Positions 1-13,865 are shown, numbered from the stretch's first letter. The stretch: 64,000 bases of DNA from Octopus vulgaris (GCA_951406725.2 OX597818.1:133176001-133240000); one strand, 5' to 3'. Notes: generated by a model from the letters alone, not told the origin. Translations and numbers: made by a program.

Positions 1-318
1 AATTGAGCAAATCGACCCCAGGACTTATTCTTTTGTAAGCCCAGTACTTATTCCATGGGACGTAAACACACCAGCATCGGTCGTCAAGCAATGCTAGGGG
101 GACAAACATAGACACACAAACACACACACACATATATATATATATACATATATACGACGGGCTTCTTTCAGTTTCCGTCTACCAAATCCACTCACAAGGC
201 TTTGGTCGGCCTGAGGCTATAGTAGAAGACACTTGCCCAAGGTGCTACACAGTGGGACTGAACCCGGAACCATGTGGCTGGTAAACAAGCTACTTACCAC
301 ACAGCCACTCCTGCGCCT
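1..318 (-). mobile_element. SINE family A (tRNA-like head, internal TA/TG microsatellite)
   Basis: Reverse complement of the 7515 copy; truncated by the window edge. Confidence 0.85.
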
Positions 319-647
319 ATATACATATACTTATACACATACCTATATATACACATATATACACACATGTATATACATATATACATACTTATAACAAAGG
401 GTAAAATTAATTAATTAACTTGTAATCAATAATTTCACCAAGCAGAATTCGGCATGAAAAAGGACCATTTCTCGGTAAACTTAGGTAATACTTTATAATT
501 AGGATTCAGCAAAGATTTGCTTTACCACATACCGAAGTTCAGAAATAGCAGCCAAAGAACCTTAGCTATTTCCTCTACTTTAAAAAGAAACTCCCGGACA
601 GAAACAAAGTACTCGGAAACAATCCACACAGGCATACATACATATAC

Positions 648-891
648 CTGCGACGATTTCATCTCAATCAAAGGAGAGGAGCTTTCTCCGTCCGGGTTGT
701 GGATCCGTGGAACAAGCTGCCAGACGAGATGGTAAAGATGCTGACGACCGCTTTGTTCAAAGCCTCCCTGGACCTCAAGTGGCCTGAACTCTTTACATGA
801 ACACCACCCTGTACTTAACTCCATGTCCCCCTACATGGCCTTGCTATTTGCTTTTGAGCCAAATTAACTAACTAACTAACTAACTAACTAA
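648..891 (+). mobile_element. CR1-type LINE 3' fragment with (TAAC)n tail
   Basis: 648-800 reads LRRFHLNQRRGAFSVRVVDPWNKLPDEMV...FKASLD, the CR1 C-terminal motif. Confidence 0.85.
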
Positions 892-929
892 CACATATAC
901 ATACATATATGTATATATATATGTGCATA

Positions 930-1273
930 GGGTAAAGAACCTCTTCGGTCATGAATGACCATAGGATTGCACCTAGAAAGTTACCCTCCAAGGCACAAGT
1001 CCAGGCAAGTTTGTTTATGGAAGATTATCAGTCACCCATGCCTACCAGCCTCCCCTCTCCACACCATCGATGTTAGCCAAGGAAAGGCAAAAGCTGGTAC
1101 AGCTTGGCACCAGTTATGTCACAACTCATTTCTACAAATGAGTGAATTGGAGCAATGTGAAATTAAATGTCTAGCTCAAGAACATACCACACAGCCCAGT
1201 CCAGTCCAGGATTCAAACTCATTACCTCATGATTGTGAATTCAATGCTCTAACCACTGAGTCATGTGCCTTCA
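930..1273 (-). mobile_element. SINE family D (CORE-type)
   Basis: Reverse complement of 16869-17212. Confidence 0.8.
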
Positions 1274-1284
1274 TATGTGTCTCG

Positions 1285-1634
1285 AAATCGAATTGAACCA
1301 GCCAGGATCCCTGGTCTGGTGGTACGTAAAAAGCACTATCCGACTCGTGGCCGATGCCAGCACCACCTCCACTGGCTTCCGTGCCGGTGGCACATAAAAT
1401 ACACCAATCCAACCGTGGCCGTTGCCAGCCTCGCCTGGCACCTGTGCAGGTGGCACGTAAAAAGCACCCACTACACTCACGGAGTGGTTGGCGTTAGGAA
1501 GGGCATCCAGCTGTAGAAACATTGCCAGATAAGACTGGAGCCTGGTGCAGCCTTCTGGCTTCCCAGATCCCCGGTCGAACCGTCCAACCCATGCTAGCAT
1601 GGAGAACGGACGTTAAACGATGATGATGATGATG
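1285..1634 (+). mobile_element. Retroposon 3' region family E with (GAT)n tail
   Basis: ggttggcgttaggaagggcatccagctgtagaa...ggacgttaaacgatgatgat. Related copies at 12018-12300, 27347-27740 and 30162-30560 (all minus), and probably 63900-64000. Confidence 0.75.
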
Positions 1635-2049
1635 ATATATATATAATAAATTAATAAATAAAACATATGCATATATAAATACATATATGTACGTACCTAC
1701 CTCTACATGTATATATACATGCATATATGGGTACAGGACACCAAAAAAAACGTCGAACACAATGAGAAACAAAAACATAAACACAAAACCAAGGAACTGG
1801 ACATTTTTCTTAAACAACGAAAAAGTAGAGTACAGGACAAATAACACAAGGAAAATTCCCCTTATTCAGTCGCCATGGTTTCATCTACTCTGTGTTTCAA
1901 AGGTGAAGGCGATACGCATCTTATATATATATATATATGTAAATTTATGGACATACATATCTATACATATATGTAAATATATAAATATATATATATATAT
2001 GTATATCTGGTCATGTAGTTAGAGTGTTCACTGCAATCATAAGATTTGT

Positions 2050-2300
2050 ATAATCTTTGTATTTTGAGAGTTTCTCTGTTTCTTTTAGAGATACATTGTC
2101 ATCTGTTGGGACTGATATCTCGCTTAGAAGGCATTTTTTCTTGATGATCTCTGACAACTATATCCAGTCTATTAGCCTTGATTTCTCTATCTGTGTGTAT
2201 TGGCATATCCCAGAGTATGGCTGCTTTGTCATTTTCTGAGATCTTGTCTGGGATATGCCTATAGCATCTTTTTTTTTTTGTTATAATTCCATAGTGTTGG
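2050..2300 (-). mobile_element. R4/Dong-like LINE fragment (restriction-like endonuclease), inserted in a CORE-type SINE
   Basis: ENDKAAILWDMPIHTDREIKANRLDIVV / CLLSEISVPTDDNVSLKETEKLSKYKD, with one frameshift. Confidence 0.8.
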
Positions 2301-2507
2301 CATAGCTTCCAATGTATCTAGAATTCCTGAACCGGGTAATGCATTGTGTTCTTGGCAAAAACATTTCATTTCACATTGTTCCATTTCACTCAGCTGGCAG
2401 AACCGAGCATTCCTACGATGGACTGGTGCATCATTCATTAACGAATATATACACTACTGGATCTAGAAAACCAGCCTTATGATCCAATGGCTCAGGACAG
2501 ACTTTAA

Positions 2508-2955
2508 CCCTTTAGCATTCAGATTACTCTATGAAAAGTTTTCCTTATTTATTCACATCATTTTGAATTAATCATGCATTATACTTGTAGCTATGAGATT
2601 TTGATGAAGTAAATGTTAATTCTTTAGAATGATATTGTAAGGCTGGAGTGAGAAACTAGACCTGGCCAGCTTGAACACAAAACAGGTAGAATATTTAGGA
2701 CAGACATAGCCAATTTAACCATTTCGATACCAACCCTGCTGAAACCACATCTGGCACTGTATTACAAATGTCTTATTTTCATAAGTTTTGAATTAAAATC
2801 TTCCACCAAACCTAAGTCACAATTTATGTTTCTAACACTAGCTTAATGATAGCTAAGTTATTTTACTAAATTCTTTGTTATATTTAAAATTTATTGAAAG
2901 AAACACAGAGCATCTCAAAATAAATACGGTAACAAATGGGTTAAATACTAAATTG
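2508..2955. mobile_element. TTAA-flanked (piggyBac-like) MITE containing a nested MITE
   Basis: TTAA|CCCTTTAG start; homologous to the 13498-13718 copy. Confidence 0.7.
2719..2940. mobile_element. Second TTAA MITE family, nested
   Basis: TTAA duplicated at 2715-2718 and 2941-2944; TIR-like ends ccatttcgatacc / ggtaacaaatggg. Confidence 0.7.
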
Positions 2956-3681
2956 TTAATCATTTTTATACATACATACATACATACATACATACATACA
3001 TACATACATACATACATACATACATACATACATACATACATACATACATACATACATACATACATACATGCATGCATTCACACACTAGATATTGCTCAAC
3101 CCACAGCTACAGATGATACCTCTTCAGTGTCCCATGCAATGTGATGAAACTCAGACCATGAACTACATGGTTCTTTTTTTCTAAAGCACACAGCTATATC
3201 TACACCAATTCTGTGCATTGATACAGAAAATAATACACTTGAAAACAGTGGAGCTAAGTTTCCCTTTCTGTACAAAATTGTTCCAAACATCCTCTTTCAC
3301 ATATACAAAACCTCTCATTTAAAAAATTTCTATATTTAAAATTAAATTCTACCATAATTTTGTGTTATAGACTCTGGCTATAACACAAAACTTTATGACA
3401 AAATTTCTTATTTTACTAAATCTCTGCAATTTCTTGATTATTTTCAAATTAATTCAAATGATTGAAACGAGCGACAAAATATATATATATATATATATAC
3501 ATACTTATATATAAACATATTGAGAAGTAAATGTAAAGATAAGCAAGTTAAGCAGGTCAATATACAAAGTATATCAAATACATGAAATGCAGAAAATGAA
3601 TGTATGTTTACGTAAAAAAAGGTCTGACTTACACAGAATAGAAATATCAAGAATGAAAGGGGTTGCAGAAAAGTATTACAA

Positions 3682-3773
3682 ACCCAACAGCTGTTTCTGG
3701 GGGCTTGATGGTCCAAAATAATGTTTGTAGATTGATGCCATCATTGAACAAGATAAGCCTCCATCTTCAAGGC
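3682..3773 (-). ncRNA. Degenerate hammerhead-like motif in a probable PLE fragment (about 3520-3920)
   Basis: UUGAAGA-UGGAGGCUU...AAGCCCCCA-GAAAC agcu GUU|GGGU. Stems II and III are good; stem I is weak. Confidence 0.4.
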
Positions 3774-4149
3774 AGACATCTTACAAATTTCATGTATTCA
3801 ATATACTTTGTACATTGGCCTGCCTAACTTGCTTGTCCTTTTCCCTAATTGCTCAAGTTTGAACCTCTTGAGCACTACTAAATGTATTGTATACGGAGGA
3901 TATTTGATTCTCATCTATGAACTATATATAGACATATATAAACATATATGCATTCACACATATATACATATGTATATACATGCATATAAACCCATATATA
4001 TATATATATATACATATGTGTATACAGAGTAGATGAAACAGGGACAACTGATGAAGGGGAATATTCTCTATGTGCTGCACGTCTCGTTTCTCTGTTTTTT
4101 TTCGTTTCTCATTGTGTTCAAGGTTTTCTTGATGTCCCATACCCATATA

Positions 4150-4505
<356 letters not shown>

Positions 4506-5409
4506 TCTGGCCATCACTAAAATCATAAGATTGTTGTTTCAATCCTTGAACATTGTGTTCTTAGGAAAAGACACTTCATTTCACATTGTTCCATTCAACT
4601 CAGCTGGCAGAAATGAGTTCTTCTATGATGGACTGGTGTATTAGATGTGGTTAGAAAATATGAACACAAAATACATGAAAGTAAAAATTATACACAATTT
4701 TAAAAAGCTACATATAGTTACAAAAGGTATAGTTTAATCTTCACATCCAATGCTTATCAATGCTGCTCATATACATTATCATTTTTCTTCTGTTATGTTT
4801 TATTTTTGGTGTGGGTGGAGAGACGATTTAGCATCTAGTTAGCTCTGAAATTGAACAGCCCTATGATGGACGATGTTCTTGTCATGACCATCTTCTCTTG
4901 ATTCTAGACTGTTGCATTCATTTTTTTTTTTAATTAGCAGAGAGGGATTTGAGGGAGATTTGGCTGCTATTTCTAGAAGATTGAACAAGTAGATAGAGAC
5001 CTTACACATTGTTATCATTCACATGTGTACATAATGATTTATCAAAGATAAATAGATTTAGACCCTAATATACCACATATAACTTTAAATATTTTAAAAT
5101 TCAATTTTCACCATTTTTCAGTTGCAAATGAAAAATATTAACATAACCTAAATAACTTCATGTTATTGTTTAGCCTTTATTTAGCCCTAATGTGTAAACA
5201 TATGATTAAGGCGTTCCAGTTATAGCCATCCTGTCTTTTTGTACCCCATTACACATTGTTTCAGTGTCCATTTTCTCCCTTTTTATTTTTAAGTCGACAG
5301 AGATCTGGCTGCTATTTCTAAGATACAGATTAACCACATATGGCTCCCTCACTGGGTTGCTGATAATCTGTTATCACATGTGTGTGTGTGTGTGTGTATT
5401 GTGTGTGCA

Positions 5410-5442
<33 letters not shown>

Positions 5443-5446
5443 TGTG

Positions 5447-5523
<77 letters not shown>

Positions 5524-6708
5524 AATAAAACCAATTAACAAAGCTAAACAATAAGTAACTTGTTTTGGAGATATTTTCTTTTCTTCTGCGAATGAACATT
5601 TAAAGAGATGGAAGATCTTTTTTTTTTGGTTTCCTTATTATTCCTATTTTAATTTTGCTTTTGAGTGGGGGAGCTAATTTGCGGTAATAAAATGAAAATG
5701 TAGACACAGTGAGAAAATAATTTTCTGTGTTTCTACCATATTTCCTATTAATTTTTTTTTTATGTGGTTGTTTAGAAACCAGGAGAAGCTATATTAGACA
5801 GACCAATGATCAAAAGGCTTTCCAGCTGTGACCAAACCTTCATATATTGATAGTGTGTCTGAAATATACTAGTGAATGTGTCCTTCCTCTTTCTGTTATG
5901 ATGACAGAATATGAATCTGAAGGATTTGGTTGATATGTCTAGCAGCCTGATCAACCACATACTACCTTACAATATAAAATTAGAAAACTTTATCCTGGGA
6001 CTGATATAAATTATGATTGCTATTAAATAGCAGTGAATATACAACTTATGATATTAAATTATTGTAAGGAAAAAAAACTAGGAATAAAATTATATATACT
6101 TAGTATATTTAAGTTATTAACAGGTAATTAAAAATTTGATTTTATGATAATTATTATTCAAAGTTAAATCATGATAAACCAGATTTTCTTATTTCCAATG
6201 AACATTTATAAACAGAAATTTATTGTAAAGTACACACACAAATTCACACATACACACACAAATTCACACACACACACACAAATTCACACATACACACACA
6301 AATTCACACATACACACACACACACACGCACACATACACACACACATACAAGAAAATATACTGGATATAAATGAAGAGAAAAATTGGGCTCTATGTATGC
6401 TCGCAGTGTTTATGTTATTTTCTTTAAAAATATGTGTTATATCTATACTCATGCTTATATTTCACATCTATGTATGTATACAGGCATGTAAATATACATA
6501 GTGTGTATGTTCTGTGTATGTAAGCATACACGCTACGTATATTTACATTCAATATACAAAAATATATGTCAGAATATTTACAGTAAACATTTGCATTCAG
6601 GGTAAATAAATAAATTAATAGCTTGATGGATCTATTTTGCTATCTACTGAATGTAAATATTTGAATGCATAGAGCAACAATTAATGTTATATGTATATAT
6701 GTGTATAT

Positions 6709-6752
<44 letters not shown>

Positions 6753-6758
6753 GTATGC

Positions 6759-6801
<43 letters not shown>

Positions 6802-7232
6802 TACTTACACACATACACACAAACACACACATAACCATAATTTAAATGCCTGCTTTTTCATGCTTACAAGGATCAGACATAGGTTGTTTATGTAGATTTT
6901 CTACAGCTGGATACTCTTCCTGTTGCCAACCCTCGTCTATTTCCAAGCAAGGTAATATTTTCCCCTAGCCAGAGATGATTTTGCAGATTATTGGAAATGA
7001 ATGACAATGCTTGTACGACAATGACAATCACATACAACCATCATGCACTGTCAAAACAAGGAAACACACACACACACACACACACACATACATGCACACA
7101 AACCTACATATATAACATATGTATATGTGGCTATTTGTAGAGTTAAAAAACCTGAAACATATGACAGGCTTCTTTTAATTTCCCTTTCCACCCATACACA
7201 CACATACACACACATATATATATTTGTATATG

Positions 7233-7436
7233 TAGATAAATGAAAGAATGGAGTCGAACGACGATTTAACAAAATTCTTTTATTTTCGACACATGTTTCG
7301 AAGACTGCATATTCTTAATTCCGAAGGAATAAAGGGTGCATTATGCCGCCTTCTCATCAGGAAAGACAAGGAACTTATGTCAGCATCATGACGAACAAAA
7401 ACTTTTAGATGACTGCCCACACGGAGTCCATATTTG
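7233..7436 (-). mobile_element. Penelope-like (pLTR) fragment carrying the hammerhead
   Basis: Unique insert between TA-rich tracts. The hammerhead is followed by AATAAA on the minus strand, as in PLE pseudo-LTRs. Confidence 0.5.
7281..7368 (-). ncRNA. Type I hammerhead ribozyme with intact core
   Basis: Minus strand: UUUC-CUGAUGA-GAAGGCgGCAUA...UAUGCaGUCUUC-GAAAC augu GUC|GAAA. Long stem II and palindromic ACAUGU in stem III. Predicted cut between 7288 and 7287. Confidence 0.75.
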
Positions 7437-7514
7437 TATATGTATATATAATGCTATAGGACTAGAGCAGTGACTGAGATTTATTTGGTTAGGAATAAGA
7501 GTGAGAAAATTTGT

Positions 7515-7686
7515 AGGCGCAGGAGTGGCTGTGTGGTAAGTAGCTTGCTAACCAACCACATGGGTCCGGGTTCAGTCCCACTGCGTGGCATCTTTGGCAA
7601 GTGTCTTCTACTATAGCCTCGGGCCGACCAATGCCTTGTGAGTGGATTTGGTAGACGGAAACTGAAAAAAGCCTGTCGTATATATG

Positions 7687-7729
<43 letters not shown>

Positions 7730-7937
7730 TGTGTTTGTCCCCCTAGCATTGCTTGACAACCGATGCTGGTGTGTTTACGTCCCCATCACTTAGCGGTTCG
7801 GCAAAAGAGACTGATAGAATAAGTACTGGGCTTACAAAGAATAAGTCCCAGGGTCGATTAACTCGACTAAAGGTGGTGCTCCAGCATGGCCGCAGTCAAA
7901 TGACTGAAACAAGTAAAAGAGTAAAAGAGTAAAAGAG
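7515..7937 (+). mobile_element. SINE family A, full length
   Basis: A-box (tggctgtgtgg), B-box-like ggttcagtccc, and (gtaaaaga)n tail. Confidence 0.88.
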
Positions 7938-8919
7938 GCAAAAAAACTGAGAGTAAAGTATCCCAAAAAAATGAATAACCCAAAAATTAAGGCAAACTGA
8001 ATGATCAATACAAATAGCAAGTCTTACCAAAAAAAGTTCATTCAGTCTAGCTTCTGTAGAAGTAGTAAAGGGAAGATGCAGTTTGATATTTAGCAAAGGA
8101 GCCAAAGTTTGCAGGAAGGGAGAGTTTATTACTCAGGAAGACGGATTTCTTCTAATTGAAATCAAGCAGGTATATATTTATACTATACTAGATAAGAAAA
8201 CTCTGTTCCATAAATAGATATGGTTGAGCAATGTATAGTGTTGAAAGCTTCTTAGGCTATTTTTCAGACCCAGCTTTCTTATGTTTATTTTTCATGGATA
8301 AAAAAAAAGCTAAGTCTTCTTGTCATGGCATTGACTTTCTGAAGGATATACAGTTTTCTAGAAGAACCACTTAAAGGATTTTATTTATTTTTTTTTGTTG
8401 TTGTTATAGAGTGAAAGGACCATTTATACCGGGATTGGTTATGATATATAATTCTTTCTTATCAGATTTGCATCCATTGTAGTATCTGTGTGAGTGTGTG
8501 CATGTATCAATACACATGCACACACACTCACACACACATGTATATAAATGTGTATGTGTGTATGTGTATATATATATATATATATATAAATATATTATAA
8601 TCAGGGAGGCCAGTTTATGGGATTACCCTGGATTTCTCACTCATAAGGGGTTTGACTTTACAAACACTACTGACCTAAGACCTCTTCAAAATATGGAGGG
8701 GGAAATGCCAAGGACATACAGACATATGTACATGCATACACACATAAATACATACATATATATTGTGGATGTAGGCATGTATGTGTCAGTGTATAAATAT
8801 ATATATACACACACATATACATACAAATACATACATACATACATATGTACGTACGTATGTATGTACGTATGTATGTATGTACGTACATACATACATACAT
8901 ACATACATACATACATACA

Positions 8920-8954
<35 letters not shown>

Positions 8955-9630
8955 GCCTGCATCTACAATGGTTTTGGTTACAGCAGCTGATATTATACTT
9001 GAAATGATTTATTTTAAGGCTATGATGTCTCGAATTTATACAAGAGGGCGAAATAAGTCATTGTATGTGACACTGATACCTTTTCTATTGACATTAGTAA
9101 TGTTGTAAATGTGACTGCTGTTATAAGTGTAATATTTTATACCAGCTATAGACCCTAGGGTAAAATATAATAATAATAATGATAATAATCCTATTATAAA
9201 TTTGAGTGATATTTCTCTGTCCACTATGTTCTTATGTTTGTTAACTCCTCCTAGACCAGTGGTACAAGGACAACGGAACTCAAACCAGCAACTCCCCTAA
9301 CCTCAAGGAATGCCCTAATGATGTCTATTTTTTTTTAAGGGCTGTCTAATGGGGCCTCACTGACCCTACCTATTTTTATTGCTTATCAAACTAAATACAT
9401 GGCATTGGCAACCTAATCGGAGCAATGACAATGAATTTCATCCCATGAACCCCCAGGGAGTATCAGAAGGAGGTTAAATTTCTGAAGGGCCACTTAAATG
9501 GGACCCTATTGACACTCCTATTTTTACTGCATTTACCTCGATCCTTTGCAGAAATAAGTTTGGGCATTCTAAATACTTTCATGTACAGTCAAATCAAGGT
9601 AAAGTGTTATAACAGGTAAGTTTCAAGTGT

Positions 9631-9859
9631 GGCAAGCTGGTAGAAACGTTAGCACGCCGGGCGAAATGCTTAGCAGTATTTCGTTTGCTGCTACGTTCTG
9701 AGTTCAAATTCCACCGAGGTCGACTTTGCCTTTCATCCTTTCGGGGTCGATAAATTAAGTACCAGCTACGCACTGGGGTCGATATAATCGACTTAATCCG
9801 TTTGTCTGTCCTTGTTTGTCCCCTCTGTGTTTAGCCCCTTGTGGGTAGTAAAGAAATAG
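9631..9859 (+). mobile_element. SINE family B (Meta/MESC-like central domain)
   Basis: gaggtcgactttgcctttcatcctttcggggtcgataaattaagtaccag. TSD aggta(a/c)gtttcaagtgtgg. Confidence 0.88.
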
Positions 9860-9931
9860 GTACGTTTCAAGTGTGGATATTTATATTTTGTAGTTTATGA
9901 AACTTATGTCTAGTAATAATAATAAGCCCAC

Positions 9932-10245
9932 CTATGGAAAATTAAGAAGGTGAAGATAGTACCAATCATTGTTGGATCCTTAGGAACAGTATCAGAAGGC
10001 ATCAAGGAGATAATATATAGGAAATTGGAATAGAATGCCCAGTAGAACTGTTACAAAAGGTTTGCAACCTTTGCATGGCCAGAATAATCAGGAACATATT
10101 AGATAGCTGAAAAGAATGGATAGCATGATACCATAGGCTGCAGGTAGCAAGCCCGCTATGCATGTAAGACTCCAGGACCTCCAACAAGACCTGTAATAAA
10201 GAGAAATAATGATGATGATGATGATGACGATGATAATAATAATAA
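9932..10245 (+). mobile_element. R4/Dong-like LINE 3' end in a (TAA)n context
   Basis: LWKIKKVKIVPIIVGSLGTV...LLQKVC..ARIIRNILD*, followed by a (TGA/TAA)n tail. Confidence 0.75.
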
Positions 10246-10473
10246 TCCTTTGTACTAAAGGCACAAGGCCTAAAATTTTGTGGAGATGGGGAAAGTCAAT
10301 CACATTGACTCTACTACTTGATTGGTACATAATTTATTGACCCCAAAAGGATAAAGGTAAAGTCGACCATAGTAGAATTTGAACTCAGAACATAAAGATG
10401 GATAAAATACCGCTATGTATTTTGCCTGGCATGCTACCGATTCTGCCAGCTCACGAATAACAACAATAATGAT

Positions 10474-10477
<4 letters not shown>

Positions 10478-10545
<68 letters not shown>

Positions 10546-11160
10546 TTATTTGCCACTAGGGCGAAGGATGAGGAGGACACTACTGAGACAGACATAAAGG
10601 GTGGGGGTTCACATATGATAATGAAATAAAAAAAAAGAAAGGAAAAATTAAGTTACATAGTATACACCGAAAAAGAAGGAATGTATGCATAGCATACAAA
10701 GGTAAAAAAAAATTGGCAGGGAGGATGATAGAGATGTGGCCCTCCTGATACAAGAAGGCCTCTAGGGATAATCAAAGAACCCCACTGTTTGAGATTTCAC
10801 TGAAACCCTAGGAGCAAGAGCCCTCCCCAATTCCTTCTCTCCAACTCACAGGTCTACACTTAGAAAGGTACCATTCACTCTTGCCATTTTCACAACTTTC
10901 ACCCACCTTTCAATAAAATCGCTTGAGGACAACACTTCCCTCTCCACTCTCATTTTCCTCTTCAAGTGAAACTTGAAAAAGTCAATGAGAACTCTACCAA
11001 AGAGGAATGTGTCTGTCCTCATGTCTTTCAGCCTCGTCCACCAAACAACCTCTTTCACCACAGCCACCAGTCAAAAGAAAACTGCTTTGCCTGCCCAACT
11101 GAAGGAGGGCAGCAGTGCAATCATCGCTACAGATTTGGCTGACAGATGGATCCGTCAACA
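10478..11160 (-). mobile_element. Tx1/L1-like LINE 3' fragment with (TTA)n tail
   Basis: AVVKEVVWWTR...FKFHLKRKMRVERE...FIERW C-terminus, then AATAAA and a (TTA)n tail. Confidence 0.7.
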
Positions 11161-11303
11161 GTAATAATCCTTTTTGCTGTTGGTACATCCTTTCTGCTGT
11201 GGCACCATGTATAAAATTATTTTGTCAGTCAGCTCAAGTACCTTTAACATTTCTCACTCAATGGATAGATAATATAGCTAGCTTTTGTATAAATTATTTT
11301 TAA

Positions 11304-11525
11304 CCCTTTAACATTTAAAACCGGCCATATCCGGCCAAAAGTATTCTGCTTGTTCTATATTCAAACTGGCCATATCTGGTCTCTCACACCAACACTACAA
11401 TATTGTTTTAAAAATTAACAGCTACCTCATCAAAATCTCATAGCTACAAGATAATGCATGATTAGTTCAAAACAATGTGGATGAAGAAGCATTAACTTTG
11501 GCAGAATAATGCAAACACTAAAGAG
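11304..11525. mobile_element. TTAA MITE, reverse orientation
   Basis: ttaaccctttaa...ctaaagagttaa; reverse complement of the 13498 copy. Confidence 0.8.
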
Positions 11526-11748
11526 TTAAAAGTCTTCAAATAATTCATCCAACTTTAAGAAGAAAACAAACATTCACATCATGACTATATTTATGTTTAA
11601 ATACCAGGTTTCCACTCCTCCCACTTTTCATATAAAAATAGAAAGCTGTCATGAGGAGTGAGATAAAAAAATGATGACAATTTCACCACATGTGCAATGA
11701 TCAGAATGATAAAGTAAAATAAACAAAAGGATAATATACATATATATA

Positions 11749-11982
11749 TCCTTCGAAACGTTTAGTAGATGAAACTTTAGCGACTGAAGAAGGGGATTTT
11801 TCGTTGTGCTTATTGTCCTGTATCTCCTTTTTTGCTTGTCTTGTTCCTTGGTTTGTGTCTATGTTTTTCGTCTCTCTATGTGTTCGACGTCCTTTTGGTG
11901 TCCTGTACACATATATGCGTGTATATGTACATGTAGAGGTAGGTACGTACATATATGTTTATATATATGCATATATTTTATT

Positions 11983-11985
<3 letters not shown>
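11749..11985 (+). repeat. Dispersed (TA)n-associated repeat family H
   Basis: Copies at 1650-1920 (opposite strand) and about 4025-4205; always embedded in TA-rich tracts. Confidence 0.65.
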
Positions 11986-12022
<37 letters not shown>

Positions 12023-13497
12023 CATCATCATCATCATCATTTAATGTCCACTTTCCATGCTAGCATGGGTTGGACGATTTGACTGAGGTCTGGCGAACCA
12101 AACTCCAATCTGATCTGGCAGAGTTTCTACAGCTGGATGCCCTTCCTAACGCCAACCACTCCGAGAGTGTAGTGGGTGCTTTCATGTGTCACTGGCACCA
12201 GGGCCAGTCAGGTGGAACTGGCAACAGCCACACCCAAATGGTGCTTTTTATGTGCCACCTGCACAGGAGCCAGTCCAGCGGCACCTCTGCAGGTGGCACA
12301 TATATATTGTCTTTTACTTGTCATTAGACTGTGACCTTGAAGGTCTTTTAGTCAAATGAATTGACTCCAATACTATTTTTTAAATTTTTTTAAAGCTGGG
12401 TAATTATTCTGCCCATCCCTTTTGTCAAACCACTAAGTTACAGAGATGCAAACACAGCAATACCAGTTGTCAAGCAGTAGTAGGAGACAAATACAGACAC
12501 AAAGACACATACACACTCACTATTGCACTTTAGCATTATCAAATTTTGATAGATTGATAAAAGTTATAGAAAGAGAAGGCCAAAACATCTTGGGGTTAAT
12601 TATTTTTGCCCCTTTATGTTATGAGTTCAAATCCTGCTAGGATTGAGTTTACCTAATTTATCTTTCATCCTCCTGGGGAGAAGCAGGTGAAATAAGTTAA
12701 GTACTAGTTAATCTAATCCACTTTCAGCCAGTCCCAAAAAAGCTGTTAAGAATTGTGACATTGTAGAAAATCCTTACTAAGTTTTTTTTTTTTTTAAATG
12801 CAGTTGGAAATAAGTAAACTGTAGTTAAAAGAGTATCTGTTATACTTAGTATGATATTTGTATGTTGGTTTAAAATATTTATTTAAAAGGTTATAAAAAA
12901 GAAAAAAAAGGTTTGATTGTCATGACTTCCAGTTTCAAACAGATATTTTTGATTTGATTTGTTTTCTTTTTCTTTCCTTATATTTTAACATTTCAAATGT
13001 TTGAATCAAATTTTTGCAAAAATGTATACTTTTGAAAAGCAAGGACCTATAAAAAAATATCTTTATATGAAATCAATAACATTTATTTGCTGTCAACATT
13101 TCTAAAACAACCAAAATGATATTCTGTATTTCAAAGAGATGGTGCTTGTGACCTTTTAAATGGTGAACTTTCTATGAAAAGGTAACAAATAAGAACAGAT
13201 TTCAAATATCAGAAACTCAGATGTAGTAATGATCTCTATAACTAGTAATACATAATTAATCAATGGTGAATGTTAGCCTGTTAACAGATGTATTAAAAAT
13301 GCAAACCAAATCTGCAATGGCCCAAAATTGTTTCCTTGCAACAGCAATTCTTACAAACTCAACTGTTTTCTATTTTTCTGCTCAGATGATCAAAATCTTG
13401 TTTTAGCAATTCACGCAGCACTCTCATCTAAGAGAAGAAGAAGAGTGAAGGGAATACTCATCTGCCACTAACTCTCATCACCCGATTAATCTTTTAA

Positions 13498-13718
13498 CCC
13501 TTTAGTGTTCGCATTATTCTGCCAAAATTAATGCTTTTTTATCCACATTGTTTTGAACTAATTGTGCATTATCTTGTAGCTATGAGATTTTGATGAGGTA
13601 GCTGTTAATTTTTAAAATGATATTGTAGGGTTGGTGTGAGAGATCAGATCTGGCCAGTTTGAACATAAAACAGGCAGAATACTTTTCGCCGGATATGGCC
13701 GGTTTAAATGCTAAAGGG
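13498..13718. mobile_element. TTAA MITE
   Basis: TTAA|CCCTTTAG...CTAAAGGG|TTAA. Confidence 0.85.
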
Positions 13719-13807
13719 TTAAATGACTACCCAACACTGTGTTTCTATATGGCCCAATATGATCAAGCTTAGATTTGAATTCATGTCACTTTATTTTAAT
13801 GTTATGT

Positions 13808-13865
13808 TTGTTAAGAAATACTATTTCTTGTTAAGAAATACTATTTCTTGTTAAGAAATACTATT
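13808..13865. repeat. 20-bp tandem repeat, about three copies
   Basis: ttgttaagaaatactatttc. Confidence 0.9.

Noticed and set aside
3096-3290. Minus-strand ORF ending near GAG|gtatc as a kinesin exon
   Set aside because: Available acceptors give the wrong phase and there is no KIF17 similarity.
11749-11800. GAAAC...CTGAAGA in repeat family H as a permuted hammerhead (similar motif near 46950)
   Set aside because: No stem I can be formed between the NUH site and CUGANGA.
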